A stretch of DNA of 64,000 nucleotides from Bacteroidota bacterium. Its GTDB lineage: Bacteria > Bacteroidota > Bacteroidia > NS11-12g > UBA955. A model generated the notes under the pieces. The model searched no databases. It saw only the letters and a list, made by a program, of their open reading frames with translations, and was not told the origin of the DNA. The stretch lies in assembly GCA_016787485.1 (NCBI GenBank), contig JAEUUL010000028.1, forward strand, positions 7,490-71,489, written 5' to 3'. Shown here piece after piece: positions 39,315 through 49,301 of the stretch (within the stretch, counting starts at the first letter, position 1; every line of letters starts with the position of its first letter). Position numbers and translations under genes: made by a program.

Positions 39315-40193
39315 ATGAAAATAGGAATTTATGCAAAATCTGTAAGAGACAGCAAACACGAAGAGGGATTTCGCAAGTTGCTGCTTGCACTGGAATCTGC
39401 AGGTCATGAAATTTGGTGCACGCAGTCTCTTGTGGATTATATTCATATCCATATTTCTTCCGGTATTTCCCTGCACGCTTTTCAATACTGTACCCCTCAA
39501 AAACCCCTGATAGATGCACTTATTTGTGTGGGAGGAGATGGCACTCTGCTCGACACCATATCCATCGTAAGGAACAGTCAGGTGCCGGTTTTGGGTCTCA
39601 ATACAGGCCGCCTGGGTTTTTTGGCTGGAATAAGTATAGACGGAATTCAAAAGGCCATTCAGGATATAGAACGCGGCAATTACACCCTCGAAAGCCGCAC
39701 CCTGTTGCACCTGGAATCTTCCGAACAAATGTTCGATTTTCCATTCGCCCTGAATGATTTTGTCATTCACAAAAAAGAAACAAGCAGTATGATTGTGGTA
39801 CACGCTTACCTTAATGGTGAATTTCTGAATTCCTACTGGAGTGATGGGCTGATTGTGTCTACACCCACGGGCTCCACGGGATACTCACTCAGTTGCGGAG
39901 GCCCCATTATCTTTCCACGGTCAGATTCTTTTGTCATTACACCCATCGCACCCCATAATCTCAATGTGCGTCCGGTAGTCGTGAGTGATGCATACGTGAT
40001 CAGTTTTGAAATTGAAGGTCGTGCTAACAGTTATCTGGCTTCCCTGGACAGCCGGAGTCATTCCATCAACGGAAATGTACAGATGGCCATCCGCAGAGCA
40101 GACCATCCCTTAAATCTGATACGGCTGGAAGGGGACCATTTTATGGATACATTGCGCAATAAACTCAGCTGGGGTTTTGATAAGCGGAATTAA
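39315..40193 (+). CDS. nadK: NAD+ kinase.
   Basis: GGDGTLL and NTGRLGFL motifs. Start at MKIGIY. Confidence 0.9.
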   Translation: MKIGIYAKSVRDSKHEEGFRKLLLALESAGHEIWCTQSLVDYIHIHISSGISLHAFQYCTPQKPLIDALICVGGDGTLLDTISIVRNSQVPVLGLNTGRLGFLAGISIDGIQKAIQDIERGNYTLESRTLLHLESSEQMFDFPFALNDFVIHKKETSSMIVVHAYLNGEFLNSYWSDGLIVSTPTGSTGYSLSCGGPIIFPRSDSFVITPIAPHNLNVRPVVVSDAYVISFEIEGRANSYLASLDSRSHSINGNVQMAIRRADHPLNLIRLEGDHFMDTLRNKLSWGFDKRN

Positions 40194-40232
40194 TAGAATA
40201 TTTATTCGGTTAAATTAGAACAAACATTCAAA

Positions 40233-41276
40233 ATGGAAGAAGTGAATCGTTTCCGGTCGCCCTGGAAGAAAATGCTCTGGATACTACCATTGATTGCCGT
40301 TACCTGGGCCATCTGGAAGTGGATGAAACCCACCATTTACACCATTCCTGTGCCGGAAAAGATGGCATGTGAATCACTGATGCCTGCCGTTTTACTGGCT
40401 TCAGATTCCCTTTTTGTGAATGAGGCCATGCTCAATTGCACCATAGCCTGGGACAGCATCACCACTTCAGAAGGATTAACACTGTCTGACAAGATGGCGC
40501 TGAAAAACAGGGGAATGGTAGTTAAGCCGTCAAATGCTGTTTTCCCTTTGCTTTTCATCAATTATTGGAAGGATGGTTTTGCTTACCGACAGGTGGTGAC
40601 CAGGGACAAATCGTTGGGAAATTCCGCTAAACGGATTGAGATTTTTTCCCAGAATTTCGACGAGAAATCCATCACTTTTGGCCTGGAGGGCGGAAAACCC
40701 TATAAAATCATCGCGTTGTGGCAGAATTTTCCCCTGAAAGGTGAAACCAATGGCAAAGAAATACGTGTTTGGATACCGGCAATTGCCGCACAGACAGAAC
40801 ACAGTTATATACAGCTTATTTGCGCAGATTCCGTTCACTGCAGCAGCATGCAGCGTATTCCCCTTCACCGCGGCAGGGTCATCACAAAGGAGCTGGTAAC
40901 GGATAATACAATCTCTGCTGAATCTTCCGCGGAGGCTGTAGCGTCCCGCCTCGTACAACTTTTTACTTCGGAACCTTCACAGGGTGACTTTCTTTTGCTG
41001 GCTTTGAAGGATTTGTTTAAAAAATCCGAATTACAAACGACCATTCGGTTTGGAGATTTTCGCATCACCCGTCCCGACTCTCAAACCCATGCAGCTGTAT
41101 TTAATTATTTTGGGAAAAAAGTGGTCATCCTATCAAATGATTCTGAAATCTCCCGCGAAATCAATTTTCCTTTGAAAGGAGATATAAAGCACAGCTATTC
41201 CGGACACGCTTTTACTTTAAAAGGCACACGCCTGCAAATGCAAATCCCTGCAAAGGGGGTTGAAATTTTGTTTTAA
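40233..41276 (+). CDS. Hypothetical protein with an N-terminal membrane anchor.
   Basis: One transmembrane segment (MLWILPLIAVTWAIWKW) and then about 310 aa with no recognisable motif. Confidence 0.5.
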   Translation: MEEVNRFRSPWKKMLWILPLIAVTWAIWKWMKPTIYTIPVPEKMACESLMPAVLLASDSLFVNEAMLNCTIAWDSITTSEGLTLSDKMALKNRGMVVKPSNAVFPLLFINYWKDGFAYRQVVTRDKSLGNSAKRIEIFSQNFDEKSITFGLEGGKPYKIIALWQNFPLKGETNGKEIRVWIPAIAAQTEHSYIQLICADSVHCSSMQRIPLHRGRVITKELVTDNTISAESSAEAVASRLVQLFTSEPSQGDFLLLALKDLFKKSELQTTIRFGDFRITRPDSQTHAAVFNYFGKKVVILSNDSEISREINFPLKGDIKHSYSGHAFTLKGTRLQMQIPAKGVEILF

Positions 41277-41494
41277 ATAAAGCCACGACTTTTGGAATCA
41301 GATGCTTTATAACAGCATCTTGCAGATTATGCTGAAAATGCCCTGCAGCAGAAATGTATGTACAGCTATAGAAGTATATTGTTATTTAACAAAAACTGAT
41401 TTCCCCTGCAGGAACGCGCTGCTGCTTGTATGCGCTGGCCGCAGGCAAGTGGTTTTATTAACCGGATTTGCACCGCAGCCAACAGTTTTTTTAC

Positions 41495-44400
41495 TCAATA
41501 TCCACCGAGATCTTTAAACGGCTTCATTTTTTCCTTTTCAACTGCTTCTTTCCATTTTAACCAGGGACCTGCAAAAAAGGCATTGACACGGGCAATTGTT
41601 TTTGTGGTTTCTGCTTCTGCCAGAGACACTGCTGTTTCTGCATTTCCCGATGGTGCCGCTGATGACTCAATCAGTCCGGCTGCATCAGCCAGCCAGTTCA
41701 TGAGATGTACCGATACGTCTTCGTAACCTCTGAAATCTGCAGGCAACATGTACAACCATTTTAATGTCTTCAGGCTGTCCCGCAGAGGTTCGGCCAACTT
41801 TTTCAACCGTGTGTTTGCGCTGTCATCTGCATACCGGGCATTGGTAACCATATCCAGCGTTTTTTCGGCTTCTTTCAGTCCTTCAAAGCTTTTTTCTGCT
41901 TTGCCCGCTGCGGTTTTCAACCGATTGTAAAGAGCCTGTTTACGGTTCCATCCAGCCGCATCCCAGGTAATTCCGGGGGGCAGTTTCACCTCTATCTGCG
42001 CGCTGTCTTTCTGTTTGCCACATTCAATCACCAGCTTATATCTGCCGGGTGGCACGCGCATTCCCTCGGGCATACTGCTCTCTTTGTCCGGCGTGCCATG
42101 CGATGGATAGCGGAATCCGTCGCTGATAAGGCGGTACTGAATGCGGTAAAATCCACCACTGTCAAATGAAAATTTGTGGGTGCGAACCACCTGCCCTGCT
42201 GTGTTGTACACCCGGCCTGTGCAGGTTGTCTTTTCCCATTTCCCGCTTTTGGTGTTTTTGTTCCCTTTCACAAACAGGCTCAGCATAGAACCGAAAGGTT
42301 TGTTGGGTCCTTCATAGGCCGCATCGGCACCAAAACGCGCACCGGGTGCCTGCATATAATTGGCCAGTACGCCATCCGTTGCATGCAGGATTTTGAAATC
42401 GGTTTTATCTGTTGTCCATCCGCCGGCCGCGGTGCGCAGGGGTTCAATATCATCCAGAATCCAGATGCTACGGCCAAAGGTGGCTATCACCAAATCGGAT
42501 TCGCGTTCCTGAATTTTCATATCCTGGACGGGACAAGAAGGGAATCCGGTCCATTTTTTCCAGGTATTTCCCGCGTTGAAACTTACAAACAATCCATGAT
42601 CTGTGCCCAGAAAAACCAGATTGGGTTGTTTTGAGTCGGGAATCACACTCAGGCAATGCCCGCTTACTTTGCTGCCATCGGCCATACGCTTCCAGGTGGC
42701 ACCAAAATCTGTGGTTTTGAAAAGATATGGCTCCCAGTCATTCTGCCTGTAGTTGTTTACCACAACCCAGGCTTCCCCTGCATTTACGGGTGATACCCAA
42801 ATGGAAGGTATCCACGCTTTTTTTGGCATTCCGGGTATTTTGTCGCTGAGCAGGGTCCATGTTTTGCCTCCGTTTCGTGTGAGTTGCAGGTTGCCATCGT
42901 CGGTCCCTACCCATAGCACCAAACTGTCTGATGGCGCAGGAGTGATGGCAATGATGGTACAGTGGTTTTCGGCATTGGTGGCATCTGTGGTCAGTCCGCC
43001 GCTTTTTTCCTGGTGCAGTTTGGCGGTGTCGTTGGTTGTAAGGTCAGGACTGATAATCTCCCAGCTTTTGCCACCATCCCGGCTGCGGTGTACAAACTGG
43101 CTGCCGTAATACAATCCGTATTGTCTGAATGGATTCTGTGCAATCGCGGCATTCCAGTTGAAACGCAGATAAATGCCTGCAGGGTGCGTGGGCCTTATGG
43201 CTTCGCTGGTTTGGGTAGTGAGGTTATACCGGTACACATTTCCACCCTGCCACATCGCATAGCCTTCGTTGCTGTTTCCCGGCACAGGTACCACATCGAA
43301 CCCGTCCCCGAAAAGCAGTTCCTGCCAGTCGCTGTTGCGTATCCCACCATGGTACCAGGTATACCCCGGACCACGCCAGCTGCCATTGTCCTGAAGTCCG
43401 CCATACACATGGTAGGGCATATCCTCATCCACCTGCACATGGTAAAACTGCCCAAGGGGCAGATTTTCGGCAAAGCGCCAGGTGTTGCCTCCATCATAGC
43501 TGAGATTCAGCCCCCCATCGTTGCCATTGATCAGGAAATCCGGATTCTCCGGGTGTATGTAAAATGCATGATGATCCGGGTGGATATGGCCCCAATCTGC
43601 CAGAATCTGCCAGGTGCGGCCTCCATCTTCGCTTTTGGCCACCTGACTCCACAAACTGTAAATCCGGTTTTCATTTTTAGGGTCTGAGTAAATTTCATTG
43701 TAATAGAAGGGCCGGTTTCCCATGTTTTCCTGGCTGCTCACCTTGCTCCAGGAGTATCCACCATCTGTGCTGGCATAAAAGTCCAGGGTTTTGCTTTCCA
43801 CGATTGCATACACTTTATCCGGTTTGGATGGGGCGACCGATATCCCGATTCTCCCGAGCAAGCCTTCTGGCAAACCGTTCTCCGGCCCAAGCTTTTTCCA
43901 GTTTTTACCCCCGTCTGTGGTCATGTATAGTCCGCTTCCCTTGCCGCCCGACTGGAAAAACCAGGGTTTGCGCTGGTATTCCCACATAGCAGCAAACAGT
44001 TTGTTGGGGTTGGTGGGGTCCATTACCAGTTCTGCACAACCACTCAGTGGGTTGGTAAACAAAATACGGGTCCAGGTTTGGCCCCCATCTGTGGTTTTGT
44101 ACACGCCCCTTTCTTCACCCGGCCCCCATGCACTGCCCATAGCTGCTGCATAAACCACATCCGGATTTATGGGGTCGGTGATAATCCTGTGAATGGTTCT
44201 GGTCTCTTTCAGTCCCATAAATTTCCAGGTGCGCCCGGCATCCATACTCTTATAAATGCCTTTGCCGCTGTTCTGGCTGTTTCGCGGGTTTCCTTCTCCG
44301 GTACCCGCCCACACAACCGCTGGGTTTGCCTGATAGATAGCAAGTGCACCAATACTACCCACATCCATCGCATCGAAAACGGGATTCCATTTGATGCCGC

Positions 44401-44611
44401 CGTTGTCGCTTTTCCATACACCACCGCTGGCAGCGCCAATATACATGGTTTGTGGCTGGCGATGCACTACGGCTATGCTTGTAATGCGGCCACTCATGCC
44501 TGCCGGACCTATGTTGCGAAACTTCATTTTCTGCATCAGCTCTGCTTCTGTCTGCTGAGCCTGAGCACCCAGTGCCCACAACATCAGGATAAGTCCCATT
44601 CCACGATTCAT
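41495..44611 (-). CDS. Secreted BNR/Asp-box repeat beta-propeller protein (sortilin/VPS10-like, 'glycosyl hydrolase BNR repeat' family).
   Basis: About 1040 aa. Signal peptide MNRGMGLILMLWALGAQAQ. Repeated S.DGG.TW Asp-box motifs (KSDNGGIKW, SMDAGRTW, TTDGGQTW, SEDGGRTW, SRDGGKSW...). Confidence 0.8.
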   Translation of the reverse strand: MNRGMGLILMLWALGAQAQQTEAELMQKMKFRNIGPAGMSGRITSIAVVHRQPQTMYIGAASGGVWKSDNGGIKWNPVFDAMDVGSIGALAIYQANPAVVWAGTGEGNPRNSQNSGKGIYKSMDAGRTWKFMGLKETRTIHRIITDPINPDVVYAAAMGSAWGPGEERGVYKTTDGGQTWTRILFTNPLSGCAELVMDPTNPNKLFAAMWEYQRKPWFFQSGGKGSGLYMTTDGGKNWKKLGPENGLPEGLLGRIGISVAPSKPDKVYAIVESKTLDFYASTDGGYSWSKVSSQENMGNRPFYYNEIYSDPKNENRIYSLWSQVAKSEDGGRTWQILADWGHIHPDHHAFYIHPENPDFLINGNDGGLNLSYDGGNTWRFAENLPLGQFYHVQVDEDMPYHVYGGLQDNGSWRGPGYTWYHGGIRNSDWQELLFGDGFDVVPVPGNSNEGYAMWQGGNVYRYNLTTQTSEAIRPTHPAGIYLRFNWNAAIAQNPFRQYGLYYGSQFVHRSRDGGKSWEIISPDLTTNDTAKLHQEKSGGLTTDATNAENHCTIIAITPAPSDSLVLWVGTDDGNLQLTRNGGKTWTLLSDKIPGMPKKAWIPSIWVSPVNAGEAWVVVNNYRQNDWEPYLFKTTDFGATWKRMADGSKVSGHCLSVIPDSKQPNLVFLGTDHGLFVSFNAGNTWKKWTGFPSCPVQDMKIQERESDLVIATFGRSIWILDDIEPLRTAAGGWTTDKTDFKILHATDGVLANYMQAPGARFGADAAYEGPNKPFGSMLSLFVKGNKNTKSGKWEKTTCTGRVYNTAGQVVRTHKFSFDSGGFYRIQYRLISDGFRYPSHGTPDKESSMPEGMRVPPGRYKLVIECGKQKDSAQIEVKLPPGITWDAAGWNRKQALYNRLKTAAGKAEKSFEGLKEAEKTLDMVTNARYADDSANTRLKKLAEPLRDSLKTLKWLYMLPADFRGYEDVSVHLMNWLADAAGLIESSAAPSGNAETAVSLAEAETTKTIARVNAFFAGPWLKWKEAVEKEKMKPFKDLGGY

Positions 44612-44789
44612 AGGGGGTAAAATTAGGGAAAGGCAGGTTTTTACCATGCGGATTTGTTAAAATCGCGTTGAACAAAAAGTAAAATCCGACAGAATTCGTC
44701 TTACCGCTTAATCAAACGGGAAAACTGTGAAATCCAACGAACTTTCGCAGCCCCGGCGTGTTTATGATGGTAATTTCGCCCACTTCATT

Positions 44790-46046
44790 ATGTTTAAAGG
44801 CCCTGTTTTAGGATTTCTTTTCTTTTCAGCCATCTTTCTGGCCATAGACTTTTATACCTGGCAGGGTGTAAAATTCCTTACCCAAAACTGGTCCCTGCGG
44901 TCCCGGTCAATTCTGAAATACATCTATTGGGGTTACACCGTTGCCAATTTCTTGTTCTTTCTCCTCTGGCGCATGGATGTTTTGCACATGTCTCCCGCCG
45001 CAATGCGAATCGTTTCGGCCATTTCATTTGTCATATTCTTTGGTAAATTGTTTTGGTGTATTTTCCTCGTCATTGATGATGTGGGCCGGGTTTTCCGTTG
45101 GGTATACAGCAGATTGTTTGCACCACAGACAGCCGCGGATACAGCAGTTGCAGGTATCAGCCGGCTTAAGTTCCTGAACTGGCTGGGACTGGGTGTTGGC
45201 GCAGCCTTTGTTGGCACAGCCATTCATGGCATAGCCAGCGGGGCACACAACTATACCATTCGTCGCCGTGATTTGCGTATCAAAGGATTGCCTGCCGGAT
45301 TTGAAGGGGCAACCATAGTGCAGATCAGCGATGTGCATAGCGGAAGTTTTTGGGATACAAAAGCGGTGAATCGTGGAATTGACATGATCATGGCGGAAAA
45401 GCCGGACATGGTCTTCTTTACCGGAGATCTGGTGAATGACCGCGCGGAAGAATTTGAACCCTGGAAAGAAGTCTTTGGCCGCATTCAGGCGCCCCTGGGC
45501 GTTTACAGCGTACTTGGCAATCATGATTACGGAGATTATGTGCCCTGGCCATCGCATGAGGCAAAACACAAGAACCTGCAGGACCTCATTGCCCACCACC
45601 GGGATATAGGTTGGGATATTTTGCTGGATGAGCACCGCATTGTAGAAAGAAACGGCGACAAAATGCCGGTTTTGGGTGTGCAGAACTGGAGTGCAAAAGC
45701 CCGTTTCCCCCGCTATGGTAATCTGGAAAAAGCCCATGCCGGCACCGAATCATTTCCGGTAAAACTGCTGCTAAGCCATGATCCAAGCCACTGGAAAGAA
45801 GAAGTATTGCCCAAGTACCCGGGGATTGCTGCCACATTCAGCGGCCATACACATGGCATGCAGTTTGGAATAGACACACGGTTTTACCGTTGGAGCCCTG
45901 TAAAAATGCTGTATAAGGAATGGTTGGATTTGTATACCGAAGGGCATCAGCATCTTTATGTCAACCGCGGATTTGGCTACATAGGCTATCCCGGCCGCAT
46001 GGGTGTATTGCCCGAAATTTCTGTGTTTACGTTAAAACAGGCCTGA
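44790..46046 (+). CDS. Membrane-anchored calcineurin-like metallophosphoesterase.
   Basis: N-terminal polytopic membrane region. Phosphoesterase motifs DVH, GDLVND, GNHD. The start is uncertain and could be as early as 44727. Confidence 0.75.
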   Translation: MFKGPVLGFLFFSAIFLAIDFYTWQGVKFLTQNWSLRSRSILKYIYWGYTVANFLFFLLWRMDVLHMSPAAMRIVSAISFVIFFGKLFWCIFLVIDDVGRVFRWVYSRLFAPQTAADTAVAGISRLKFLNWLGLGVGAAFVGTAIHGIASGAHNYTIRRRDLRIKGLPAGFEGATIVQISDVHSGSFWDTKAVNRGIDMIMAEKPDMVFFTGDLVNDRAEEFEPWKEVFGRIQAPLGVYSVLGNHDYGDYVPWPSHEAKHKNLQDLIAHHRDIGWDILLDEHRIVERNGDKMPVLGVQNWSAKARFPRYGNLEKAHAGTESFPVKLLLSHDPSHWKEEVLPKYPGIAATFSGHTHGMQFGIDTRFYRWSPVKMLYKEWLDLYTEGHQHLYVNRGFGYIGYPGRMGVLPEISVFTLKQA

Positions 46047-46106
46047 TAAAATTCTTTCCAGGCTTCCGGTTGGCTCCGGATGGATATTTTTGCAGCAGAC
46101 AATTCT

Positions 46107-46604
46107 ATGTCTTTCAGCTCCCGTAAACCCAAAACCCGGCCAACTCTGGAAGAGGCACGCCACAAGGCAGAAAGGTACTGCGCATATCAGGAACGCAGCC
46201 ATCAGGAGGTTCAGCGCAAATTGTACAGTCTGGGTTTGAATCAGGGTGAATTGGATGAAATACTTGTTCACCTCATTCGCCATGGATTTCTGAATGAAGA
46301 ACGTTTTGCCCGGGCCTTTTCAGGTGGAAAATTTCGCACCATGGGCTGGGGAAAGGTGAAAATTCAAAAGGAGCTTAAAGCCAGAGGTCTGAATGACCGG
46401 TTGATTCAGGAATCCGTGGGAAGCATAGATTCGGAACAATATGAACGAAAAGCGGAAGAGTTGCTGTATAAAAAACGAAAGTCCCTTCGGGATGCCGACC
46501 CCGCAGTGCGTAAGGCAAAATTGCAGAAATACCTGACAGGAAAAGGCTATGAGTTGGATCTGGTGTATAAGTTGGTGAAGCAGTTGTCAGAATCCGAAAA
46601 GTGA
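46107..46604 (+). CDS. recX: Regulatory protein RecX.
   Basis: ...EEARHKAERYCAYQERSHQEVQRKL...GF...EERFA... follows the three-repeat helical RecX pattern. About 165 aa. Confidence 0.75.
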   Translation: MSFSSRKPKTRPTLEEARHKAERYCAYQERSHQEVQRKLYSLGLNQGELDEILVHLIRHGFLNEERFARAFSGGKFRTMGWGKVKIQKELKARGLNDRLIQESVGSIDSEQYERKAEELLYKKRKSLRDADPAVRKAKLQKYLTGKGYELDLVYKLVKQLSESEK

Positions 46605-46623
46605 CAGCCTTTTGTATCCGCAC

Positions 46624-46827
46624 TCAGCTCAGGAATCTGAGATAAAGCCACAGTCCCCAGCAGACGATACAGGTCACCACCATAAGGGTATTCCATTTTA
46701 CAACAAACAGGCGCTGCTCAAGGGGTTTCCTGAAAATTCTGTCCGTAACCCATAAAATTCCCGGAACCAGAACAAACAACAGGCTTAATATGACCGCAGT
46801 CAAGAAAATCAGGTTACCTGCGTTCAC
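46624..46827 (-). CDS. Possible small membrane protein, 67 aa with two transmembrane segments.
   Basis: This ORF's start overlaps the stop of the upstream amidohydrolase gene by 4 bp. It has two strongly hydrophobic helices and no homology signal. Confidence 0.3.
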   Translation of the reverse strand: MNAGNLIFLTAVILSLLFVLVPGILWVTDRIFRKPLEQRLFVVKWNTLMVVTCIVCWGLWLYLRFLS

Positions 46828-47858
46828 ACAAACAGTTTTTTATCCAGTCCAAGCCATTCCATGGCACTGTCCCCGAGCATGACTTGTTTGGTGGTGTCAG
46901 GGATCGCGAGGGAACGAATGAGTTCGCCCGGAATATCCTCTCCCAGTGGATACGGATAATCTGTGCCCATGCAAATGCGGTTTGCGCCAACCAGTTCCAT
47001 GAGGTATTCCAGCATACGGGCATCGTGGGTAAGGCTGTCTACCCAGAATTGTCCCAGGTATTTGCGCGGGTTATGGGGATTGTCTACAGCTACAAGGTCC
47101 GGTCGGGCTTTCCAGCCATGTTCAATGCGGCCAAAAGTGCCCGGAAACGAGCCGCCACCATGGGCGTAGGCAACGCGCAGCCGGGGAAGTTTTTCAAATA
47201 TGCCTCCGAAAATCATGCAGCTTATGGCCAGGGCAGTTTCCGCCGGCATACCTACAAGCCAGGGAAGCCAGTATTTTGGCATTTTGGTCTTCGCCATCCA
47301 CCACCATGGGTGCACGAATAGTGCCATTTCCATATCCTGCATAGCCTCAAATATGGGAAACAATTCCGGCTGATTCAGGTTCCAGCTGTTGATGTGCGAC
47401 CCAATCTGTATGCCTTTCAGACCGATTTTTTTACAGCGTTCCAGTTCTTGAATGGCCAGTCCGGTGTGCTGCATGGGCAACGTTCCCAAACCCACAAACC
47501 GGCGGGGAAACAGATGGCATATTTCTGCAATATGGTCATTCAGGTACCGGGATACCTCCAGTGTGTCTTTGGGTTCTGCCCAGTAGCTGAACATGACTGG
47601 CACCGTGCTTAAAACCTGAACATCCACGGGGTTGGTGTAGGCATCGCACTCTTTGATCCGGGCTTCCGCGTCCCAGTTGTTGCTTTCTATCTCGCGAAAC
47701 AGCTGTCCATCCATCATCATACGGGCACAGCAGGGTTTGTGGTGTTCCAGATGTATCCATTCTCCGTAACCGAATTTCTGCTTCCAGTCCGGCAAATGCT
47801 CCGGAATGATGTGGGTATGTATATCTACCGTAAAGAAACGGGTTTTGGCGTCCGTCAT
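46824..47858 (-). CDS. Amidohydrolase-2 (ACMSD-like metal-dependent decarboxylase/hydrolase) family protein.
   Basis: A ...VDIHTHII... metal-binding start. Motifs later in the sequence: HPWWW, AHGGGSFP, MGTDYPYP. Start probably at MTDAKTRFF. Confidence 0.8.
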   Translation of the reverse strand: MTDAKTRFFTVDIHTHIIPEHLPDWKQKFGYGEWIHLEHHKPCCARMMMDGQLFREIESNNWDAEARIKECDAYTNPVDVQVLSTVPVMFSYWAEPKDTLEVSRYLNDHIAEICHLFPRRFVGLGTLPMQHTGLAIQELERCKKIGLKGIQIGSHINSWNLNQPELFPIFEAMQDMEMALFVHPWWWMAKTKMPKYWLPWLVGMPAETALAISCMIFGGIFEKLPRLRVAYAHGGGSFPGTFGRIEHGWKARPDLVAVDNPHNPRKYLGQFWVDSLTHDARMLEYLMELVGANRICMGTDYPYPLGEDIPGELIRSLAIPDTTKQVMLGDSAMEWLGLDKKLFV

Positions 47859-47974
47859 TCCTGCAAACTTAACCATGAATCGGGTTTTTAAAATCCTTGA
47901 ACGGGGTTCATTTTTCGCAATGTGAAAAATTTTACCTGCACAGCCCTTTCAGTATTAATTTCGCACACTTTTTC

Positions 47975-49297
47975 ATGTCCGAACGTAAGATAGATTTATT
48001 GGGTGCCTCCAGCGTGGTGGTGGCCAATATGATTGGAACAGGCGTTTTTGTCAGTTTGGGCTACCAGTTGGTGGACATGCACAGCGGTATCCCCATCATT
48101 GCGCTTTGGCTGGTAGGTGGTGTGCTCGCTTTGTGTGGTGCGGTTTGTTATGCAGAGCTGGCTACACGCATGCCCGAAGACGGCGGTGAATACTATTTCC
48201 TGGGCAGGGTGTACCACCCTGTGGTGGGTTTTATGGCAGGATTTGTGAGCTCCACCGTGGGTTTTGCCGCACCCATTGCCATGGCAGCTGCCGCACTGGG
48301 TGCATATGCAAAGGGAGTCTGGACCGGTGTAAATCCCACCTGGTTTGGAGCCGGAGTCATCCTGGTCATTGGTCTCATTCATCTTGTGAATGTGAGCACA
48401 GGGGTTCGCTTTCAGAAAGTGTTTACAATAATAAAGGTATTGCTCATTGCCATTTTTGTGGGTGCGGGTCTTTTGCATGGCAATACACAGGATTATTCTT
48501 TTGCCATGGAAGATGGTGTTTGGAAGGATATACTTTCAAACAAGTTCGCAGTGGCCCTGGTATTTGTGAGCTATGCCTACAGCGGCTGGAATGCCAGTGC
48601 ATACCTCGCAGGTGAAATCAAGCACCCGGAGAAAAATCTGAGCCGGAGTATATTGTATGGAGCCGGTTTGGTAACCATTTTCTATGTGTTGCTCAATATT
48701 GTTTTTCTCATGGTGGCGCCTGCCGCAGAAATGACTGTGGATGTGAACACCTTTGCGCCCCGTGAGGTGGGTATTATTTCTGCCAATTATATTTTTGGTC
48801 CTACCGGGGGTAAACTCATGGGCGGAATTATATGTGTCCTGCTTATCAGCACCATTTCGGCAATGATCATTGCAGGTCCAAGGGTGATTCAACCCATGTT
48901 TTCAAAATTGCCGGTTGTGAATGGCGTTGCCCGGGCAACCAGAAACGGGAACCCCGTTAATGCCATCATTTTTCAATCCACACTGGCATTGATCATTTTG
49001 TTTTCCGGCTCTTTTGAGAAAATCATCAATTACATTGGATTTACCCTTACCCTGTTTACCATACTTACCGTAGCAGGTACCGTGGTATACCGCATGCGTC
49101 ATGGCAAACCCGCAGGATATAAAGCCTGGGGTTACCCCGTTACACCTGCATTGTTTATCGGACTGAATATCTGGATCTGTTATTACCAGATTCAGGAAAA
49201 AACAGAGGCCTCTCTTTGGGGGCTGGGCACCGCCTTGTTGGGTGGTTTGCTCTATTTTATTTCTACAGATTACAAACAAAAACAAATCGTTTCCTGA
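47975..49297 (+). CDS. Amino acid permease (APC superfamily).
   Basis: 12 transmembrane segments, with the N-terminal signature VVVANMIGTGVFVSLG...CYAELATRMPEDGGEYYF. Confidence 0.85.
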   Translation: MSERKIDLLGASSVVVANMIGTGVFVSLGYQLVDMHSGIPIIALWLVGGVLALCGAVCYAELATRMPEDGGEYYFLGRVYHPVVGFMAGFVSSTVGFAAPIAMAAAALGAYAKGVWTGVNPTWFGAGVILVIGLIHLVNVSTGVRFQKVFTIIKVLLIAIFVGAGLLHGNTQDYSFAMEDGVWKDILSNKFAVALVFVSYAYSGWNASAYLAGEIKHPEKNLSRSILYGAGLVTIFYVLLNIVFLMVAPAAEMTVDVNTFAPREVGIISANYIFGPTGGKLMGGIICVLLISTISAMIIAGPRVIQPMFSKLPVVNGVARATRNGNPVNAIIFQSTLALIILFSGSFEKIINYIGFTLTLFTILTVAGTVVYRMRHGKPAGYKAWGYPVTPALFIGLNIWICYYQIQEKTEASLWGLGTALLGGLLYFISTDYKQKQIVS

Positions 49298-49301
49298 AAC
49301 A

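Noticed and set aside
41277-41494. 218-bp convergent intergenic spacer containing the inverted repeat agatgct ttataac agcatct.
   Set aside because: It lies between two convergent gene ends and is most simply a pair of terminators. It has no coding potential and no larger structured-RNA features.
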